Assembly: GCF_009834535.1 (NCBI RefSeq) | Contig: NC_045713.1 | Span: forward strand, 12,338,001-12,402,000 | Length of the DNA stretch: 64,000 nucleotides | From: Camelus ferus | Taxonomy: Eukaryota | Direction of reading: 5' to 3' | Shown: one piece after another, positions 23,056-33,900 of the stretch | How the letters are laid out: every line of letters begins with the position of its first letter | How positions within the stretch are numbered: the stretch's first letter is position 1 | The notes under the pieces: generated by a model | Told to the model about the DNA's origin: nothing | The model's database searches: none | What the model saw: the letters and a program-made list of their open reading frames with translations, nothing else | Position numbers and translations under genes: made by a program

Positions 23056-24599
23056 GGCCGCGGGGGCTGCAGGAAGACAGCGGCAGGAGGGCGAGGGTCA
23101 GCGGGCCCGGTCCAGGCTCCCAGCCCCAGGGACATCCAGGCCAGGCAGGGCCTGAGAACCCTGGCCTTGACTGTCTCCTGCTGCAAGAGGCAAAACTCTG
23201 TCCAGACGACAGGCTGAGTGGCCCCAGCAAAGCAGGGACAGAGCCCAGCTCCCCATTCTCAGCCTTTTCCTGTTCTTCACTTTCCCTTCCCTCAATTATG
23301 GGGATTTCTTCAAACATACAAAAAAGTACAGAGAAAAAGACGTAATATCCTAAAATCCACTGCCCCCAATTTAATGAATGTTGTGATTCGGTCATATTTC
23401 GTTCAGCTCTTTCTTGCCAAAAGAATCAATGGAAAGTTATGGATTTGGTTGAATCCCCAACACGCACATCCTGCTGCCAGGGACCCCCCTCATGCTGGTC
23501 CCAAGTGACCTCCCTCTATGGGTCTGGAGGGCTCGTCCTGCAGGAGAGCCGAGGCGGTGCGCGTGGCGGGGATGTGAGGGGTCTGTCTTCACCCTCCTTG
23601 TGTGACCACCTGCCTCTCTTCCCCCACCCCTCTTCCTCTGCCATTCTCCTCTCAGGTTCCCTTTTCCCTCTTCCTTTCTGCTTTGGGGGGGAGGGGGGCT
23701 CTATCAATGTCCCCCCCCCCCCCGGGGGCTGATGGTGCAGCTGCTCCCTGGGGCATACCTCCTGGGGCTCTGGTGGTGGAGGGAGGGGGAACATGTGGCC
23801 AGACCACAGCAGTAAAACAGAGCAGCTGGATGAGGGCAGGGGGTTGGGGGGGTGAGGGGAGGGAGGGGGGATCACAGCGAGTAGCTCAGTCTGACAGGGC
23901 AGTTCCTGCATCCAAGACCGATCACTGCCCCAAGGGGAGGACACGGCCAGTCTGCTTTGGAAACCAGAGCCACCAGGAGACAGACAGTCTGGATGCCTCG
24001 AGGCTGGGGCCAGGCTGTTCTGCTCCTGAGACCCGCTGGGGCACAAGGACACTTCAGTAAGCATGACAACATGGATGACAACACGGATGGAACTCATCTG
24101 AAAAGAGGAGCATCTGCTACAAGCAACTTGGTTCTTTTAGAACAAAGTGTGTCTGACAAACCCCAAGAAGGAGTGCGGGTGGGAGAGGAAGTGACTGAAG
24201 CACGAGGAACAGGAAGCAGGGAAGTGAACAAAGTGACAAGCTTTGGGAAACACGCAGGACAGGAAGTGCACAAAGAGGACAGGTTGGGGGGAAAAGGGGG
24301 GAGCCTCACCAGGAGTGGAGAAGCTTGACCTCTCCACCCAGGGCACCACCACCAGGACAAACACATGGGAACTTAGGACATTAGCCTTCTAAAGCCATTT
24401 GAAAATTGGCACCTGAGTTCAGGTGCCTGAGCTGGGACCCCTGGAAGAGCTGTGGCAACCCCCAGATGCCCCTCCACTCCTCCCTGGTCAGGCCTGAGGT
24501 TCTGCTCTCCCCCTGCAGCGTCTATACTGAGCCAGACCATGGCAACCTGATTCCTGACTCCACCACTTCCTAGCACTGCACCACCCAAAGCCTAAGGGC

Positions 24600-24750
24600 T
24601 AACCTCGCTGTGCCTCGATTTCCTAATCTGTATAAGGCAGAAAGGAATACCGAACTACTTATGTAGTTGTGAGAAATGAATGAGATAATACAGGTACAGA
24701 GTTATAATAAAGTGCTCAGTGCCCAGGAAGACCCTGTGCATGTCACTGAA
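24600..24750. mobile_element. MIR
   Basis: 'gtgcctcgatttcctaatctgtataag...gttgtgagaaatgaatgagataata'. Confidence 0.7.
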
Positions 24751-26399
24751 GTCATTTTATTACATGGCATTTGCCATCACAAACTGCCACTTAGCTTCTG
24801 TCTCTTAAAAACAAAAAAATCAAATCCCTTCTTGGTCTATCTGAGTCTTCAGCCTCTCCATTCCCTCTGTACTTCCCAGTGCTCTGCACATAGTAGGTGT
24901 TCATTCAGAGTCACAGAAAATCATCACCACCTACAGGTACTACATAGCCAACTCCCTAAGCTAAGACAGAACTGCAGCTCCAAAGAAGCCAAATATCATC
25001 CATGACTTAAGCTTGAAAGTAAGGTCTTAACAGGTAGGCAGGTATGTGATAGAGCAAGCACTGTGAACTGTCAATAGTAGAAACTAAGTGGTGGATGCGT
25101 GGGTGTTTGGAAGGGGGGAGAAGGGGATGTCGGTTACCATGGTGACATTTGTAATGTAAATCCAGTCTTCAAAGATATTTCTCGGCTCACAGGTCACTGT
25201 GTAAGTAGCCAGTTAAGTCAGGCTCAGCCTGCAGGTTGAGCTCAATGAATGGGATATTAACTTGTATTGGATACACTTTCCTTCAGAGAAATGACTAAGC
25301 AGTAATTTCCACATAGACACAATTGAGCCTTCTGGCAGCTAACAGAAGACTCTACTGCAGGGAATGGAAGGGGTAGGGGTTTTGTTTGCAAACTCCCCTT
25401 GGAGTGGAGACCCAGTCACCCATGACTTCCCAGCTAAAGATGACACGAGATGAACACCCTTGGTCGGACCCACCTCCTTTCCACCCCTGCTGGGATGTGG
25501 TCCTAACTTCTCACATGCCACTTCCTGGCTGGGAGGTGATCGGGTAACCTGTCCAGAGTCACTGGGTCAGAGGACTCTCGAAAGGGAGGTTAGAGTTTAA
25601 GTCCCAGAATTCTGGGATCCTGAGATTTCTTTGTTTTGCAGGAGTGAAGGGATGGAGGCAACATCTTCCAAGAAAGCAGCCTCCAATTCACCAACAACTT
25701 CTGCACAATGAATTCCAGCTGGACCTTCGGACATTTCGCTCAGAAGGCCTGCTCACCACCCTCAGAGCCATCTGTCTTTCTGTTGGGTATGTTAACAGAT
25801 CCCTTCAGAGACAAAAAGGTGCCCAAGGGAAGGTGGGGGTGGAGGGAGTAGGGTGTGGTGTGGTAGAGGGAGGGACATGGTCCCAAGGGAACATCTGTAG
25901 TATTTACTTCCCAGTCTGCCTCAGGAGTCCTTCCTGCAAGGTTTCTGGCTGGTTTGTTTTCCTGTCACACCCTGTCACTCCCACCTTCTGTGAATACAGA
26001 AAACCCTAGCTACTAAAATGGCTCACTGCCTGCCAAATGTGGGGGCGGTTGGACTGCGACAACAGGGTACAAAGAGGTGGGAGAAAACAACAGGACACGC
26101 ATGGTGGTTGAATCCTTCCTGAAAAGCAGGAGGTGCCCTGAGCCAGCAGCTCTGATCATGAACCCCTGACCTCCATCATTTCAGTTGGTAAGCCTGGTTT
26201 CATTCTGGTTCACTTGGGCGACAGGTGGGCCCCCTGCTCTGCCACCGGTAGCATCTCAGCACCGGGCGCTGACCATCTGCCCAAGCTAATCCCACGACAA
26301 GCAGATTTGCTCTCACCACTGCCCAGAGGAGGGACAGATGCGCTCCTCGCAGCTCGATCCTTTAAACCTGCCAGGCTTCAGCAACCCAAGTCACTTCAG

Positions 26400-27150
26400 A
26401 AGTCACTCCAGCGCAAAGGCTGGTCGGGGTGTCACCTGTCTGCTGTGCTGGCGGGGAGGGGTGTGGGGGGATAAATGGGGGCGGGGGCGGCGCCGCCGGG
26501 TGTGCAGGAAGCACAGCGGGAGCACAGCCCCTTCCTACCGCCCCGCGCGCCGGGCAAACAGGGGCTGCCCTCTGCCGCCCCAACCTGCCCGGAAAGGCGG
26601 GGGCGCCCGTCCCACCTCGCGGGCCGCCGCTGCACTCACCTGAGCGGGCGCCGGCGGGCGGGGTTGCGGCGATTGCTCCTTGGCGGCCGGGAAACCGGCC
26701 CGCCCTCCCCTCCCAGGGAGAGCCAGCAGGCAGGAAGCGGCAGCCAGGTCTGTGCCCATTGGTCGGCCTCGCCGTGACGCAAAGGCCAGAGACGCGCGAT
26801 TGGCTGCAGCGCGACACGTCACCTGCCGCCCTCGGGGTCTCCGTGGGGTCGCGCGCCCGCCCACTTCCGGCGTCGTGCGAAGTTGGGCTCCGGTGGTGCG
26901 GAGGTGTGGCCGTGGGGCGGTGGGGCGGTGGTGCGAGGTTCCCCGCTCGCGGGAGCGAGGGGGCCCGCAGACCTCCCGCCGCCCCGCTAAGGCCGCCTGC
27001 CACCCCCAGGACCCGGCCGCCGCCCCCCAGGACCACCTGCCGGAGCAGGCGGTGTGCTCTTGGGCCGCAGGCGAGGAGCGGGGGGCGGTCCGGGAGGGTG
27101 CCTGGGTGGGCCGCGCTGCACTGACGGGAGGAGGGGGCGGAGCCGAAACA
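26400..27150. promoter_or_regulatory. CpG island / TECPR1 promoter
   Basis: Dense CpG; CCAAT boxes on the minus strand at 26758-26762 and 26799-26803; TGACGCAA 26775-26782; CACGTCAC 26815-26822; ETS ACTTCCGG 26863-26870; several GC boxes. Confidence 0.85.
26640..26750 (-). other. TECPR1: Probable non-coding exon 1 of TECPR1 (5' limit approximate)
   Basis: Consensus donor CAG|gtgagt at 26639 inside the CpG island, just downstream of the CCAAT/CRE cluster; the TSS cannot be determined from sequence. Confidence 0.6.
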
Positions 27151-27755
27151 CAAGTCTAGGAGATTTCCTTCTCACTGAAGTGTGGCCCTTGAGGGCACGT
27201 AAAGCATGGATAATAATTTTGTGACCACAGCGTGGTATGGCAGCAATAACAGGTCACTGCTTTGTTCAGGCTCGTGTGTTGCCAGTGACAGAAAACCTAA
27301 TTCGAGGTGGCTAATATAATAATACTGGAGAATATGTGAGTGCTCTCTGGGCGCCAGGCTCTGAGGTAAGTGCTGTGTATGCAACTTCTCTCTTCATCTC
27401 CCCGACAACCCAAGAGGTAGGTGGTGGTGTTATTCCCAAAGGTGGGACAGAGAAAGAAAAACAAAACAAGACCCCAAAAAGGAGATGTGATTGATGAAAG
27501 ATGAGGCACAACCAGACATAGAGGCTGAAGTCATGTCACCTAGACCTGGTTTCCCTCCCTTTCACTCTGGTTCTGGCTCCTTTCTGAGGACAAAGTCTGG
27601 ATTTCCCTGATCACGATGAGTGGGGAAGACCCACATGGGTGGACTCCAGTGGGAGAAAAGGCAGAAGCCTCTGATTCACCCTGGACAGATTTGTGGAGTC
27701 TTGTGTGTGATGAGGGAATGCCATTTGTGGACTGGCTTAGCCTTGGGATGTGGAT

Positions 27756-28110
27756 TGTTAGGGGCTATATGTTTATGTACCTCCAGAATCCATATATTGA
27801 ATCTCTAACCCCTGGTGGGATTGGTATTTGGAGATGGGGCCTTTGGAAGGTAATTCAGTCATGAGGATGGAGCCCTCCTCAAGCGAGTAGCACCTTCATA
27901 AGAAGAATCACAACAGACCTCATGCCCCTTCCCCTTGTGAGGATACAGCACGAGGATGGCTGTCTTCAAGCCAGGAAGCAGGCTGTCACCAGACATTAGA
28001 TCTCCTGGGACTTTGACCATGGACTTTCAGCTTCCAGAACTGTGAGAAGTAAATATTTGTTGTTTAACCAGCCAGTCTGTGGTATTTTGTTATAGCAGCC
28101 TGAGCTAAAA
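27756..28110 (+). mobile_element. MLT1A-like MaLR solo LTR
   Basis: 'ggtatttggagatggggcctttggaaggtaatt' and 'cttccagaactgtgagaagtaaat...tgttatagcagcctgagctaa'. Confidence 0.85.
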
Positions 28111-28609
28111 TCCACTGCACAAGGGCTCAGCCAGATGAAGAGGGTGGTTCTTCAGAGGAAAATTAGGGTCCTATTAGCAGGAGCATGAGTGGCCGCTAAT
28201 CTGCAGAAACATTAGTCTTGAAGCAGGGGGACAGCTGGATTCTGTTCTGTGACACTTTGTAGCCATTTCTCTCTGGCCTTGGTTTCTACTTTAAAAGAGG
28301 CATTGAATTAGGAGCTCTCCAAGGTCCTTGCACTGCGCATGTGCTGTGACAGAGTTCAATACCAGCTTTCCAGGATTCAGGATCTGACACTGGACCTTCT
28401 GGGGACCCAAGTTCCTCCCCTATCCCCACCCCCACCGCCCAGTCCTCCCAGTCTTTGCAGAGCTGACTCTTCAAGTTTGGACAGGAGGTCTGCACTTCTC
28501 GGCCCACACTGCAACTGATCATCCTCATTCCTGCTTCTGCTTTTTTATTTTAACTTTCAGTTCCGATTTCTTCTCTTACCAAACCTTGCCACTTCTCTCC
28601 TGGGCTAGA

Positions 28610-28785
28610 CACAGTGGGTTCAAATTCCAGGTCCATCACTTACTCTATAAGTCACACAACCTCTGAGCCTATGTCTTCATCTGCAAAATGAGAATAATGC
28701 CCACCTGCCTCTTTACGGGGGAGGGCAGATGAAGTGAGAAAGTCCGTGTAGAGCACTTACAACAACGCCTGACATCCCATGTGGC
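28610..28785. mobile_element. MIR
   Basis: 'gggttcaaattccag...ctctgagcctatgtcttcatctgcaaaatgagaataat'. Confidence 0.75.
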
Positions 28786-29369
28786 ACCCACGTATTCCTA
28801 GTAGTAGTATTATAATCTCTGGGTATTTGGGTTGGTGCACTTGGCCTTTTGCTTCACTGCTTAGCAAGAGTTCGAGAAATACTTTAGAAACAACACTGGA
28901 TTTAGTACCATTCCAAATGATTGATGGAGAGCAGCTTTCAGGGTGATGGACATTACTGTGCAAATTTGGGTATTTGGGACAGGGAAGCATGGCTGGGCTG
29001 ATGCCTGCATGGACTGGCTAGACTTCCCCAATGGTTGCCCATCAACTACAGGGGAGAGTTCAGGCTCTTCCCAATAGCTTTTCCCCACCTGGCTCCACTT
29101 TCTGTGGTAGCCCCATCTCTGTGAACCTTTAAGCTAGAGCCTAGGCAGAACTTACTATGTGGGCCCTTGCCCACTCCATCAGACCTCCAGGCTTCCCCCA
29201 CACATCCCCCAATGTCCCTCATGTCCTATTCACCTTCCTTGTTCCACTGGTCATTCTCATTCAGCTTGAAGTCTCAGATCAAAGGTCAACTCTTGCTGAA
29301 CCCAAGGGAAAGCAGATCTGGGTTATGATGCCCTCAGGCTTTGTACACCCTCCATCCTCACCCTTCACC

Positions 29370-29510
29370 TGTGCGTTATGATTGTTTGTTTTCCCATCTG
29401 TGTCCCTGACCACACCATGAGATCCCCGAGGGAGTGACTTTCTTACTCATACTGGAATTTCCAGGGCTTAATCATCACCTCACGCACAATAGGTACTCAA
29501 CTTTTATTAA
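29370..29510 (+). mobile_element. L2 3' end
   Basis: 'ccatgagatccccgaggg...cacaataggtactcaa'. Confidence 0.6.
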
Positions 29511-30188
29511 AGGAATGACTATCCCTTCCTTGATCGCCCAGATAATGGGTAAGTCATGCATTGAAAAGTGTTGAAAGAACCTGAGCAAACAGGGGCAGAG
29601 ATGAGCAGCACTGACAACCCCCCCCCATCTCACTCCCTCTCTCCATCCCACCCCTCATGCCCACCAGCCATGTGTGGCTGCCCTCACCCTCTCATAACTC
29701 AGCTCCAGCAGGCTCTCCCCTGTGTGCTAAAAGGAGGTGGTGAAGTGGTTCCTAAACTCTTACTGATGGCATATCTCTTTGTTTACACTATCTGGTTTTT
29801 GCTCTCTCCGTGGAAGCTTATTCACTGGGAGTCAACTTGGAGTCACAGGTGGTTCACGGTGTTTTTACTTTAATTCTGCTTACAGTCACTCCTCCGTTTG
29901 TGAAGCCAGATGTCTTGCCATGAGCCTGGCACCCCTAGGGTGGGACCCTGGGCAGCTGCTTCTCGGCTTGGTGGCCCTTTGTCACCATTCAGCCAGTGGT
30001 ACCCTGCTTCTGGGGTGGCCCACACTGTAGAGTTCCTTCCTGTACACTCTGCTGATTCAATTAATTTCAGTGCCTGCAGTTTTCCTTTGGTACTTAAGGT
30101 ACTACATGCAGCAGCTAAAAATGTGATTCTCCCTATGTCTGGCAGAGGAAAACTTGCAGAAATGATCTGTTAGAAAAGTACAACTCAA

Positions 30189-30345
30189 GGGGGAGGGTAC
30201 AGCTCAGTGGTAGAGTGCCTGCCTAGGGTGCAGGAGGGCCTGTGTTCAATCCCCACCTCTAAAAAATAATAATAATAAGCAAACCTAATTACCTTCCCCC
30301 CACAGAAAAACCCCCAAAATAAAATAAAAATAAATTTTAAAAAAT
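30189..30345 (+). mobile_element. tRNA-Ala-derived SINE (camelid type)
   Basis: ggggagggtacagctcagtggtagag head; 'aaacctaattaccttcccc' tail and A-rich end. Confidence 0.85.
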
Positions 30346-31923
30346 TGTAATAAACTAAGAGAATAAAAAGTTAATACAGTTGTATGCTTTAAAAAAAAAA
30401 TGTGCTACTCGAAGTTCATGTCCACGTCCAGATTCGTGTATTGAAAGACAGGCAGCAATGCCTTTGAAGTGAAGAAGCAATCTTTTTGTGTCTAAGAAAA
30501 GACCTTCAAACCCTCCAAAACCTAAAACACAAACACAAACACTAAATCTGGAAGCCAATGAGAGTCACCCTTGGCTGTCTGACCTCCACCCGGTTCTGCA
30601 AAGTCACGTGAACGCGGCCAAGTCCAGCGTCCATTTGTCAGACATTTAGGGGTGCTAACTGTGTGTTAGGCTCTGTGCTAACTCTCTTGGGGGTTCAACT
30701 TGGCCAAGAGAACTTTTCACCTGGAGCTGAAAAGGGCAAATGGGGAAGAGAGAGAGAGATGTTAGAAGGCAAGAAAGACTATGACCCGTAGGGGTTTATT
30801 TGAGTTGTGCATATAAAGGCTGTTAATTAGGGGTTAAGGAGTATAAACTGATAAGGTCAACGGTAAAGTACAAGGGTCAGGAGTAGACAAAATAAGTAAA
30901 TAAATAAAAGCCCAGGTTAATTTGCTGAACATCAGCTGCACTCCAGGGAGCAAGATAAAACTTGCCCCTGTAACTTCAAGTCCCTAATATTTATATACCA
31001 GTAGGCATGTGGGTCTCTGTGTTTATGTATTATCTGCCGGAAGCTTCTCAGGCAGGTCCCACCTTCCACTTGCTTAATGCATTTTCCTGAGCTCCACCAC
31101 ATGACTGGGCCACAGCAGCTGGAGGAGTTTCTAAAGGTACTGAATTCACACAGACTCTGCAAAACCAGACCATAATCTGTGTTATACCTGTATGTAAAAG
31201 GGCTCTACTGTGTTTAACTCCAGAAATATAATTTCTCAAGCAGACCACTTGTACCTAAAATGTCTTTCATTGTCAAGACATTTATAATCGTTTACACAGA
31301 TGGGGTTTCTTATTAACCTACTCCAGAGTGGCGTTTCCCATCCCAAACTCCCTCAGCTCTCTTTCCAGCTCAGGAAGGGAGCCCCACTGACTGACAGCGG
31401 CCAGGGGCAGGAGGTGCCCCGGGGAGGGAGTGCAGCGACACGTCCTGGCCTCAGCCCCTCTGAGCTCACCACGGCTTTGCGGCTTTACGGATGCCACCTG
31501 CCCAGCCCAGCCGGTGTGAAAGCCCAGCCCAGACCTGGCTCCTCCACTCCGCCCTGTTGTGCTTCTCTGCACCTCCCCCAGAGCCAGGAATCTGCAGTGG
31601 CCAGGATTAGAGATAGCAAAGAAGTGCTGCTAATTGTTTCCAGGAAGAAAAGTTTCAGGAAATTTCGCAGACACTGTTGAAAGTAAAAGGGATGCTCGCT
31701 GGAAGAGAGGCCCACCCAGGAGGCATAGACCGAGACACGTGGCCACTCTAATCACAGACCTAAATGTGACAGACGAAACAAACCTTCTTGAAGATCATAT
31801 GAGAAGATATACTAACGATCTTGAGATAAGGGAGGATTTCTACAAAAAAGACTTGGTGCTTTTTAGTGCCAATCTTAAAGGAAAAGATGGATACTTTCAG
31901 CTACTTTAAAATTGAGAACTTCT

Positions 31924-32059
31924 AGGGGGAGCGTATAGCTCAGTGGTAGAGCGTGTGCTTAGCATGCGTGAAGTCCTGGGTTCAGTTCCCAGTCCCTCCA
32001 TTAAAAATTTTTAAATAAATAAACCTAATTACCTCCCCCTGCCAAAAAAAAAAAATCCC
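31924..32059 (+). mobile_element. tRNA-Ala-derived SINE with 17-bp target-site duplication
   Basis: TSD taaaattgagaa(c/t)ttct at 31907-31923 and 32060-32076; tRNA-Ala(AGC)-like body; A tail. Confidence 0.9.
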
Positions 32060-32098
32060 TAAAATTGAGAATTTCTTGTGATCAAGACACCATTAAAG

Positions 32099-32215
32099 GC
32101 GGGGAGGGTATAGATCAGTGGCAGAGTGGATGCTTAGCATGCACAAGGTCGTGGGTTCAATTAAAATAAATAAATAAATATAATTACCTCTCCCTTCAAA
32201 CAAACAAACAAAAGA
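32099..32215 (+). mobile_element. tRNA-Ala-derived SINE
   Basis: ggggagggtatagatcagtggcagag head; (TAAA)n/(CAAA)n tail; degenerate TSD aagac(a/c)cca. Confidence 0.85.
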
Positions 32216-33464
32216 CCCCACTAAGCGGGTAGAAAGGTAAGCCACCAAGCAGTAGAAGATATTTGCAACACGCACGACCAACAAAGAGCCAGGGTCCGGA
32301 CAACAGAAAGAATTACCGTGTGCAAAGAACTTGAATCGGCTCTTAAGGAAAAAAGAGGAAATACAAATGCACAATAGACTTACGAAAACGTGCTCAAGCT
32401 CAGGAAGCAGAGAAATGCAGATTCAGCCCCCAGGGGGATGCCTACCAGGCAAGTTAGGTGGAATTGTAAATTGGTGGTATCCCTGGGGAATCTAGTGATG
32501 CTGAAGATTGGCCTGGCCTGCGATCAGCATTGCCTTAGGTCATGTTCACACCAGGAACACGTGCAAGAATGTGCTCAGCAGCATTGCTTGTAACTGCCGG
32601 AGTGTCCATCAACTGTGGATGGATAAATAAATGGGATATCAGCCTACAAGGGAATGTTATCGGTAACCAAAGCATGAATGAAATACAACATAGCTGAATC
32701 TTGAACCATGCCAAATGAAAAAGCCAGACCCGAGACAGCCTATATGATCCCTTTCAGAGGTGAAGTTCAAAAATAGGCAGGAGCTTTATTAAAATGTTGG
32801 AGGATGTACGTTTAATGGTAAAAGTATAAAGACAAGTGAGTGATTACTATAATGTTACCATGACAACCAGGATATAGATGCCTTTGGAGGCACCAAAGGG
32901 ACATCCTGAAGCTTTGGAATTTCTGCCAGTGTTCCAATTCTTGACCTGGGTGGTGGTTATGTAAGTTTTGCTTTATAATAATTGATGATATTTATGTCTT
33001 ATACGTTTTTTCTGTGTATAATTTTTTTTATAATTTAAAAGGTTTTTAAAAAGGACATATGGCAAAAGCAACTGTCCTAGTTTTACGTGAATGAGATAAC
33101 TTATCAATGACAATATCACACGTGATTTGTCAAAACGCCATAGCTGAAACCGTCCAGAAGAAAGATGAGATGATGTGCCCTGGAAATCGGGGCTCTGGGA
33201 TGATGGTGACAGCAGCGTCAAAGATGAAGGGAAGCTTGAGTAAAGTCATTTCCAGAAAAGTAAGAGTGAAAAACATTTTCTACAGACAATATTTCATAGC
33301 AAATGTGACTGGAAATATGTACATGAAACCAAGCTAATAGTGTAAACAGACATCCATTTCATTTGCATCCTCAAAAAGCTGAGCCCAAGTAGACCCCGCC
33401 TTTTACGGGTGCGTCTCTTGGGTTTAAGGCAGCCCCAGAAGCACTTACCAGCCCCATCTGACGG

Positions 33465-33900
33465 CATTCTAAGGTTCAGGGAGGTAAAGTAATTTGCCAA
33501 AGTTCACACAGCTAGTCAGAATTCTTGGGTTGCAAACCAAACTGTGAAAGGGAATCCCCGGCGATGGGTTTTGTGTAGCTCACAGAATCCACAGAAGCCT
33601 GCAAAGCCAGGTTCAGGAAACAGGCAGGAACTGTGGGCACTGAGAGCCATAGCAGCAGCCTGATCAGGATGTGAACAAGGATGCTTTGGGGCATCACCCT
33701 GTTGCTGCTCCCTCTGCTCAGCCCTGGACCCTGGATGCTGGAGCTGCAGCCATAGATGGGATGAGTTCCAATCTGTCAGTCCTTCTTGTCACTCACTGCA
33801 GACCCGAAGCCCTAAGCTCGAGTATTGGCCAAGCTGGAGCTCTCTGCCCATGTCTTAGGGACTAAGTGTTTGAGAGAGCAAGGATCTCACCTCTTAGGGT
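33465..33900. mobile_element. MIR fragment followed by an old MaLR (MLT1J/K/L-like) LTR
   Basis: 'gaggtaaagtaatttgccaaagttcacacagctagt' then 'ttcttgggttgcaaacc'. Confidence 0.5.

Larger units (their letters stand above)
31760..33060 (+). mobile_element. Decayed L1 ORF2 C-terminus and 3' UTR, carrying two SINE insertions
   Basis: Translation TDLNVTDETNLLEDH resembles L1 ORF2 KDLNVRPETIKLLEEN; 'agaagatatttgcaac'; L1 3' motif 'ttcttgacctgggtggtggttat'. Confidence 0.75.

Noticed and set aside
26362-27159. Several 160-260-aa ORFs on both strands at the TECPR1 promoter
   Set aside because: Ala/Gly/Pro/Arg-rich shadow ORFs typical of CpG islands; no recognisable domain.
31634-31909. Protein-like 91-aa ORF (…LITDLNVTDETNLLEDHMRRY…)
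   Set aside because: Its 3' half is a decayed L1 ORF2 fragment (KDLNVRPETIKLLEEN-like), continuous with L1 sequence beyond the SINEs.
31925-32000. tRNA-Ala(AGC)-like sequence
   Set aside because: Has an A-rich tail, target-site duplication and degenerate T-arm, and five sibling copies; it is a SINE, not a tRNA gene.
33107-33337. 76-aa ORF with a gtaaga donor, and other isolated pseudo-exons at 36087-36128, about 37062 and 37113-37255
   Set aside because: Could not be chained in phase with other candidates; weak acceptors or internal stops; frequency compatible with background pseudo-exons.
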